In this document: piece after piece, positions 33,651 to 42,156 of the stretch
Layout: every line of letters begins with the position of its first letter
Numbering within the stretch: the stretch's first letter is position 1
NCBI GenBank assembly: GCA_002256025.1
Contig: NKIB01014603.1
Location: 1-42,156, forward strand
Source: Asterionella formosa
Lineage: Eukaryota
DNA: 42,156 bases
Reading direction: 5' to 3'
Program-made: the position numbers and the translations under genes
The notes under the pieces: model-generated
What the model was told of the DNA's origin: nothing
The model's database searches: none
Seen by the model: the letters and a program-made list of their open reading frames with translations, nothing else

Positions 33651-34612
33651 GTGTAGAGGGTGAAAAAAACCAGAAAGTTGCGAGTTGCGTTGTTGTTAAA
33701 AATCTACAACATCTAAGTATATATTTTGTATATTAGACTATATATTTGTACTCTGTATGTACTACTAGGAAAGGATTCGCTGGGCACCCTATAAATGTTG
33801 AAGAATACTCCTACCATATTCCCTACTACATGATTTTAAAATTGATAATGAATACTAGATGCATGTAAATAAGGAAATCTTAAAGTGTACATACTTCATG
33901 TTTAGATATGAATCTCTCAAGGAGGGGGAATGAAGTTGCTTGCACTTGTATCAAGATGATCACAGCTACTAGAGGAGTTCAGAGTACATGGAAATCATAG
34001 TGAGCTAATTGATATTAATCTAGATTTCCTTGCTTGTTTGATTTATTCCTACAAAGATTCATTTCAAGAACCCTTGTAGACATTTAAATCTTCTTGCTAC
34101 TAATGTCTAGGATATTAAACAGCTAGTATAAATTATTGGATATCCATTTTCAGGACTTTGACAGTAGTCTATTTTTACATAGGGGTTAGTATGACTGAAA
34201 GATAAGCCTGAATTTAGTTTGATTGGCCTTTTAACCGTGCAATAGAGAATTGTTAAGATCAGGCTGCCACTCTGGTAAGTATTCTAAAGAATAACTATGT
34301 CTCTCAATAGGGATAGGCTGAATATTAGTCTTAGATGACTTTAACTGCATCAAAGATCTACTACCGGTAGTTCATTGAACCTAGTAGTACACTATTCATT
34401 TATGTCCGGTCCACGGAGCTACTCCAGCTTTTACAATAGTTGTAGCACTGGAGCTTTTGGATTTTAGTCCACTTTCTTTATAAGATTAAGGTTAATTTAT
34501 AGCTAAGCATGTAGCTAGTTAAAATATTGTGTTTCTATAAAAAAGCAACGTATGACAGAAACAAATAAAGCTACACAAACTTGCTAGATTCAGTTTAAAA
34601 AAGTTGTTTTTG

Positions 34613-34634
34613 AACCCTACTTCGAAGTAGGGTT
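34613..34634. repeat. Perfect 22-bp palindrome
   Basis: AACCCTACTTCGAAGTAGGGTT equals its own reverse complement. Confidence 0.9.
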
Positions 34635-37016
34635 TGCAAGGAGACAAACATACTTTTTATATTTTATATACCTTTCTCTAATGTATTCATTTTCTAGGGA
34701 ACTTGCGTCAATTACATATGTTGAGAATTGTGAAATGCATGGTGCACTGCAGTAGTTGAAATTTGATATGTAAATTATGGCTAATGATTTCAGCAGGATT
34801 GGCTGGAAGTCGTGGATTCTTAGGTTCAGCTTTGACTGTCTATATTTAACCTTAAACGCTCAGTAGTGGGTAAAGCAAGGTTTTCGAAAAGCGACGTCAG
34901 TTTTGGAGTAAAAGTGAATTTTGAATATCCACTGGATATGATCTTTTGGCTGATTCTTTCAACATGCTTCGGTCATTGTAATTTTAGGTTCTTTTGGGAA
35001 GAATTTGATTTTTTATCAAAGCCATTGGTAATATATTTCAGGTTTTTACTAATGACGATGCTAGTATTTCGATATTACTAGATGGTTAAAAAATTGCCAT
35101 GAAAAAGGGGACTTCATATACTGCCCAGTGAATTCTTTCAAAAAATTGAATGGACTCACTGTAAAAGATGCACGCTGGAATCATTGCTGTAAATTTGCGA
35201 GGAAAAATTTTTTGCTGATGACAGCAATCCACAAGGATGCGAATTTCACTCAGAATGAATTATTTATTCATTCATGGAAGGTGAAGCCCAAAATGACGGC
35301 CTCCTCGTACCCTACTAGTTACACGATAAACGCGTGCAGAAACTTTTGACTTCTTCAGTGTGATCAGTGACTTTTATTAGTAGGTACATGAATTCGACTC
35401 GCTCATCCAGCCTCCGCAATGACTTTTAGTAGGTGATGGATCAAATGAAGATTTGATTGCCATAGAAATAGTTGTGGTGGTCAAAAAATTCTTCTATTTA
35501 GTGCTGTCTCGAAACCGCTGTGCGTGGCAAATTCAAGTTTCCAGTTTGCTAGATTAGTCAAAGATTCTACAACATGAGGCAAGCTGGTTGGCTGACTAAG
35601 TCATATTTCAACATCGAATTGAAGACCATCTTTTTTTTCTGTCCTTTATTAAATTCACAATTTAAATTATCAAGCTAGCAGCATTTAGAAATGAAAAGCA
35701 GCCGGAAACTCATGATGACAATAACAACATTGTGGGAACTAAAACTATTCTGTAAGATTACCACGTGTGGTTGGAAAAATTGCAAAATCACGTACAATTC
35801 GTTGGTCCACAGCTTCTCAAGGCAGCAATTCTCTGGAGTCAAATCACCTGCGAAGCAATTTGTTTCAAAAATTCGAATTGACATGAAGATGAATATTTCA
35901 TGATTAGCAAGGGAACTGAACAGAACAATACTAGTCTACCAAGTTTGAAGAAGGGATCATGGAAATTTTCATTCCATTGCTGATGACTTGTTGTCCCTGA
36001 TGTGGTGGTGGGCAGTTGATGTTGCTTAGTAGGATCAAGATCATGAAATCTACTGTAGGTGCAGCCAGTCGCTATGATCAGGAAATATTGGCAGTATACT
36101 TAATTAGCAAAGAAAGATAGAGAAAACCCATGAAGAAATATTGTGACCAAATAACAAGGGGAAATCTTGGTTCTGATTGTTCTGCTTTTCTATGATCCCA
36201 GCCAGCAAGAAGGAAAGTCATTCATTTTGCACCTTGGGTGCACTATTAGCTACTACTAGCTAATTCTTACTTTCTTCTGACCATGAAGGGAACAAAGAAA
36301 CATTATGAGTACTCTTTCTTTAAATCAGCCAAAATGTTTAATCAAGAAAAACATAGACAAATGATCATGATTGTTGAGGCAAATGCCAACATCATAGCAG
36401 TTTTGGAATTCAATATTTTTAATTAGAATAAATAGTTGTATTGGCTAGCCTAGTTATTTTGTGAGTCTGACTAGTTCAAGAAATAATCATGTAATCAATC
36501 TCAATATTAAAAATCAATCCTCTTATGAAAACATCATGGTTGTGGTTTTTGTTGTTAGTGGTTTCTGTTGCATCCTAATTCAGCCATGATTGTAGATTGG
36601 CTTCAAATGTAATTTTTGATGACCAATAGAATGATGAGTCACTTTAGAAAGTTGAATGATTCAAAATATTACCTTTGCTCTAAAGAGTATTAGGTGCACA
36701 CTGCCCTACTACTGTGGGACATCCTAGCTAGTAGGGTAGCCACAGCAATAAACTCAGTTTGTCAATCTGAGAAAGTGCCACAGACATTCAGCTAAATAAT
36801 CAATTGTTCCGCTATCATTATAGATAATTATTTGATTAGCTCTAGCAAGGAATAAGTGTAAATTAAATGCTTCAAGCAAGGGACATACTATAGCTAGTAG
36901 AACTAGTACTCCTCACCAATCAGTTTGTGCATTTAAATGTAATGTACCATCCATCACTGAATTGTATCAATATTTGTATAGATAAAGTTTAGCATTAATT
37001 GTCATCTGTTACGGAA

Positions 37017-37088
37017 TCCGACATAGTATAGTGGCTAGTATCCCCGCCTGTCACGCGGGAGACCGGGGTTCGATTCCCCGTGTCGGAG
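37017..37088 (+). tRNA. tRNA-Asp (GTC)
   Basis: Acceptor stem TCCGACA/TGTCGGA plus discriminator G. Anticodon stem CCCGC/GCGGG with loop CTGTCAC. T arm CGGGG-TTCGATT-CCCCG. Downstream T run. Confidence 0.97.
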
Positions 37089-37963
37089 AGATCACGCGTT
37101 TTAATTATGGTAAAATTTGATTGATCGACGACTTTTTCTTTTATTACCTGTTTCAACTATTTCTCTTAGATTTCTTGACCAAATTGTACACAGTCAACGT
37201 GCAGACGAAAAGAGGATAGATGTTCTGGTAGGTTGCAGAGTATGGTGTAAGACCAATTATCATATATATCGTCTCCCGGTAGCAGGTGCCCTGGTACAAA
37301 ACCTTACATGATACCGGCACGAATAGCGGTGTGTGATGGGTTCAACAACCAGCGGAGATCCTTGCTGTGGTATTGGAACCTGGCGCTACCGGTAGGGTAC
37401 TCGAGCACTATGGTATGAAGTAAAAAGTATATACCGATTTGTAAATCATGTGACTTGAAAAAAGCTACTCCATACTCCCACCAGGTACCTGGTACCATGG
37501 TCCAGGTGTAGTAGGAATTATGAATACCGGTACCAGTACCGGTATGGTACGCACCTAGTAAGTATTCTCCAGAGTCCAGAGTACACAAGCACGTTTATGA
37601 AAGAGACTCACAGGGCTGACATTATATGTACATACTGGTTGGTACCTGGTCCCTGGTACCTGGTACTGAGTACCGGCCAAAGAAGTCGTCCCCTTTTTCC
37701 ACCGACCAGTTTTCTTATTCGGTATATTTGTTACTGCGGCATTTATGTAGCCCGGAGTCTTGCATTACCGCTTGGTTCTGTATTTATTTTCTTATTCAGG
37801 CACACCAACTTTCTTCCTTTCACGACAGCAGCGGTTTGAGCTCCGCGCATTTCATTAGAAGAGATTTGCAGGTTAATGCAGTCCCCTCGTGAACTGCCTG
37901 GAGGACGTGATATTTCTCTTTCACTTCTTATTTTTCCGATTGCATCACGTCCCATCAGCAGCG

Positions 37964-39528
37964 ATGTTTAGATTCCCCATGCAGGAAACAGTACCAGAGG
38001 ATACTAGCAGTGACCCCGACTATTTCGCAGGAGAAGCAGTACTGGTAGAAGGAGAAGGGGGTGCGCAGGGAGAGAATATTGAAGACGCAATGAAGGAGGA
38101 AGTCGCCACAGAAGTAAGTCGAAGAAATGAACTTGTCGAGCTTGCAACATGTTCCCTGCCGTTAAGTACGGGACCCTCACCACGCCATTCCTTTCAGGCC
38201 CCTGTACACACTACAGTACCAGCGCAACAGACAGTTGGCTGCACTTCACACGTTAAGAATCCAGCAATCCCAGCATTTTGGCGTTACGGAATCGTAGTGT
38301 ATTTGCTGGTAATTTTCTGTATCTTAGTAGCTTGTGATGTGGGATCGGGTGTTTCAGCCGAATACGTCCTGTTGAATCCCGACGGAACGATCTTCAAGCA
38401 GCGGTCATTGTTCCATGTTAGTATCTTCACTTCCGTAAAGAAACTATGGAATACTGGATCTTATCCTTTAGCGATCTTTATTGTTCTTACTTCCATCTCA
38501 TGGCCGTTCGTGAAATTGGGCTTGAGCTTGTTTTCTTGGGTGACGCCATTCACGAATGTAAAACGACGTGAGCGATTGCTTGAAGTGATTGATATGCTGG
38601 GAAAGTGGTCCTTTGTCGACATTTTTGTGCTCTTGATTATCATGGTGGCTTTTCGATCAAATCTTGAACTGGGTTTTGGAGGTATGTCAACCAAACTTCG
38701 CCTTCAAAACAATTTCATTCAAGGTCAACTGTTCCTTCTATACTTACATGTGCTTTCTTCGCAGTCGTTCTTGAGATTGTCATCGTTCCTCGCTGGGGCT
38801 TGTACGGATTTGTGGCGGCCAGCATGCTGTCTATTCTTGGAACCCACAAAATCTTATTCTTTCACCGACGCCTGCAGTATCACAATGAGGACGGCTCAGT
38901 TAAAGACATTATAACCGAAACCGATCAACTCTATTCCAGCCCAGAAAAGGATACCCTGGCAAAAGAAACAAAGGTATCAATACCAGTGATACTTGCTTTG
39001 CTCATCAGTTCATGCGCGCTACTTATTGCCGCATTTGCGATTGATATTTATGAAGTTACTGCAGAACGACCCGAGGGTACAACTTCAGAGGCATATTCTA
39101 TTCTCCGAGTCGGATTGGACTTGCCACCATCAGCCCTTGAACCTAATAGCATCGGAACTCGATGGATCCAACTCATGTTCTTTTTATTCCTTCTTGCATT
39201 TCCTATGTGCAATGTATTGCTCTTTGGTACACTCTATCTGTATCCCATGACCAAGGCACTGCGTGAACGAGTTTTTCTTCTTGCGGAAATTTCTTTCAGT
39301 TGGACATGTGTTGAAGTTTTTATGGGGTCTGCCATCTTCAGTGTCTTGCAAATTCCCAAGTTTGGAAACGGTCTTATCGATGCTGGTTGCCCACAATGTT
39401 TCAAGGTCGGGTCCAAGATATTGCCAGCCTTCTCAATTTTGGTAATAGCGTCTGTGGTGCAAATCTCGGTAAATGTGTGGCTATTCCGAAAGGCTCATAG
39501 GGCTGTATATCCAATGGTTCAAAGCTAA
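37964..39528 (+). CDS. Paraquat-inducible protein A (PqiA)-domain multi-pass membrane protein; exons 37964-38681 and 38765-39528 (493 aa)
   Basis: SIFTSVKKLW..GSYPLAIFI...S..WPFVKL and LGKWSFVDIF motifs, with a second repeat (FSWTCVEVF). An 83-bp intron GTATGT..CTTAC..GCAG (38682-38764) joins the two ORFs in frame. The start could alternatively be ATG 37979. Confidence 0.88.
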
Positions 39529-39777
39529 TTTGGTTTGGCTTTCGGCTTGTGTATGATACTGAAGTTCCATATCAATCAACTGTCGTTCTAGCCTAGTATC
39601 TTTTTATCCAACCCAATCTATGTCAAATAGTGACTACCTCAATTGGAGGCAGGTTCAACATGCAGCACATGCTGCATCTAATAACAGAACATGCGATTCC
39701 CATCGCCTGACTTCAGGTACAGTCATACCAAGCTCAATGCAGAAAATGACCAAGGCATACCTCAACTTAACAGCATT

Positions 39778-39835
39778 GGGGGGGGGGGGGGGGGCCCCGT
39801 TTAAAAAACAAAAAAAAANNNNNNNNNNCCCACAC

Positions 39836-39868
<33 letters not shown>

Positions 39869-39885
39869 CGCCGCCCCCCCCCCCA
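39778..39885. other. Assembly gap (10 N at 39819-39828) with low-quality homopolymer flanks
   Basis: N run flanked by poly-G, poly-A and poly-C. Confidence 0.95.
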
Positions 39886-40429
39886 CGATTTCATAACCAA
39901 AAAAACTCTGCAGAGAGCATACCTGAAAACATTTTGCTTGTATAAAACCATTTCATTTCTTGCGTGAGAGCTTTCATAACTAGCCATAAGTCCATGCATG
40001 AATCGAGCGCATTTACATGGTACATAGCTAGCAGCATACCTGATATTCATTTATGATGGTACCTGGTACCTTGTGGCTGAAGGCTTGTTACTATCAGTGA
40101 GATAAAGAGCAACATAGGGTGTTGTTGCACCTGAAGTTGAGCATTCTGTAGGTTTCAGCATCACTACTGTTACTCAGCAAATAGGCTACTTTATATCAAC
40201 ATAAAAGAATTAACATGAAGATTGACATGAAAATTAAAATCAAGAGTAACATTAACATTAACCCTTTTTAGCCAAGTATAAAGGCAAGTTGAATAAGGAC
40301 TTACATAGTTTGTTGCCAAGAATGGTTCGCCTGCTCCTGTATTTCCTAAGAACATCTATGTCGCTTATTTCTTGGACAACACTGTCATAAAAGCGACTTT
40401 TAGGGCTTGCAAGAAGGCAAGGATAAGGT

Positions 40430-41245
40430 CAACAAGGACTTGGCAATGATGTGATGAATGAAGTGTCACAACCAATTGATTCGATTTGTTCAAGAGGAAA
40501 AGGGGGATACAAGATGTACATGGCAACAGTGTCTAGAATGTTCAATTGTTATGATGAATGGTCTTGGTATTGAAGCATACTTCTTTTGGATAACCCTTGC
40601 ACAATGGAGTAAATGGTATGGTCATGAGAAGGTTAGTACCTTAGTCTGCCATCAAGTGTCCATTGCTGAGTGAATACATCAAGCAAGAGTTGAATGCTCC
40701 GAGGTGGATGAAATTTACCACCACAGAACAATCTAAACTTCTATAGTCACAAGGTTTAGATTTTGAAAAAAATTGGATTTCATGATCGAGATGACAATGG
40801 AATCCCTATGGTAGATTTTCACGCTGAAAACTTCGAAATGTCACCAAATAATCCAAAGGGACGCAATTGTAGTGTACCAAAGAGCAAAGAAGAGCAAACT
40901 ATTATGATTGCTGGACAACAAGAATCAATTTTCAAACCATTTTGGTTAAAAACTAAAATGTGGACAAGTCCCAAAAATAGCGAGTGAGCGAACCCTACTA
41001 CCAGCCAAGCAAAGGATGAGGGTGCTGCTATAATGATCAGCGGTTAATTAGTTACTGGAGAACATGATTTGATCCAACACACCGATGATTCTCACTCAGC
41101 TTCTTAATCTGCTTTGATCGTCAAGAAAGGCACGGTAGAGTGGATACTGGAACTTCAATTATTTGGTGTGTCAGTTCGAAGACAAAATTGATGTTCTAAA
41201 GGTAATGCATCCAAGTTATATGTTTGTTTACCTATTTGAAACAAA
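40430..41245 (+). pseudogene. Degenerate DDE transposase (IS630/Tc1/mariner-like group)
   Basis: IMIAGQQESIFKPFWLKTKMWTSP (GQDES-type first Asp motif), then K.EGAA.MIS, GYWN and Q.EDKIDVLKVMHPSY.F.YLF across frameshifts. Confidence 0.55.
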
Positions 41246-42156
41246 ACAAACAATGCATATTCAGTTCAAACGGAGGGCAAAGAACAATCAAGAGAAGGGT
41301 ATACAGCCACAGTAACCAGAATGCACCAACAGCCAGCTCCTTGTTTCCAACAATAAGATCCAAAGGGATAACAGCAGAAACAACAGATAGCGACAACGTC
41401 AATGACAACGACAACAATAAAAACAACCACAATGCATAATGCATTTTACCACGAAAGTGATAATTTGTTTCTTCACCACGTTCTAGCCAGTAGCTGTTTT
41501 CCATTAAAAGAAACCTGGCGCGGACGGTCCTCCTCCTATACCTTTGCTTTGTACTAGCCATGTGTACATTCTACATAACAAAAAGCTGGCGCGCAGTCTA
41601 TGCTTTGTCAGTATACTTTTTGGCGAGCAATGCAGACCTCACGAAAATCTGACGAACATGGTGAATCGTCACGATTTTCAACGTTGTGATTTGCAAAAGG
41701 TTGGTACCAGTAATAACGCTAGATTGCACTACATAGGATGTCTGAATTAATTTAACTATTTTTCCCACCTTTTCGGAGCGTCTAAAAGCAAAACTACCGC
41801 TACAATGAAGACTCCAACAGGGAAAATATCTAGCTGTAGCAAATCTATCGAATATGCGAATTTTTTTACACAGAAATAGCTGTTGCATGTATTCGCGTTC
41901 ATCTGATGATCATGTCATTGTAGTCGGCCTGAGTAGAAAATAAGAGCTGCAACCAAAGCTATTTCTTTTCGGAAAGGCTACAATTTGTCTACAATGATTA
42001 TTTTATCAAATGAAATTCGGTTAAGAAATCAAATCAAAAGAAACGTTGGTAGATATGTTTTATATATACTGGCACCCGTAGCTAGTTCCATAGAAAAAGG
42101 AGTCGCATACCGGTACTATTTTAGTGTTCATCGAATATCGTTGTAGTCAGTCGAAA

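Noticed and set aside
34613..34660. Helitron 3' end
   Set aside because: No CTRR terminus at the expected short distance from the hairpin on either strand.
37889..38914. ORFs 37889-38914 and 38800-39528 as two genes or a frameshifted pseudogene
   Set aside because: A canonical 83-bp intron joins them in frame.
39620..40050. Poly-Pro/poly-Gly ORFs and a possible G-quadruplex
   Set aside because: They span an N gap with homopolymer junk, so likely a sequencing artefact.

Overview
Eukaryotic nuclear DNA, most likely from a diatom. The evidence is theta-type carbonic anhydrases with bipartite plastid-targeting presequences, a CoDi-like Copia end, CryptonS-like recombinase remnants and a short GT-AG intron. 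Five intact protein genes sit among nested, decayed transposons: two LCIB/theta-CA paralogues (one single-domain, one double-domain), two membrane-anchored glycosyltransferase-like/alginate-lyase-like paralogues and a two-exon PqiA-domain membrane protein. A tRNA-Asp(GTC) gene is also present. Mobile DNA includes a Copia 3' end with LTR, two copies of a pogo-like DNA transposon carrying a convergent second ORF, five copies of a tRNA-derived SINE (three with target-site duplications), a Harbinger-type non-autonomous element with TTA TSD, a head-to-tail Crypton-like dimer and other DDE remnants. Non-coding DNA is strikingly rich in (GGTACCW)n heptamer expansions. There is one 10-N assembly gap. 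All family calls come from motif recognition by eye, not database searches.
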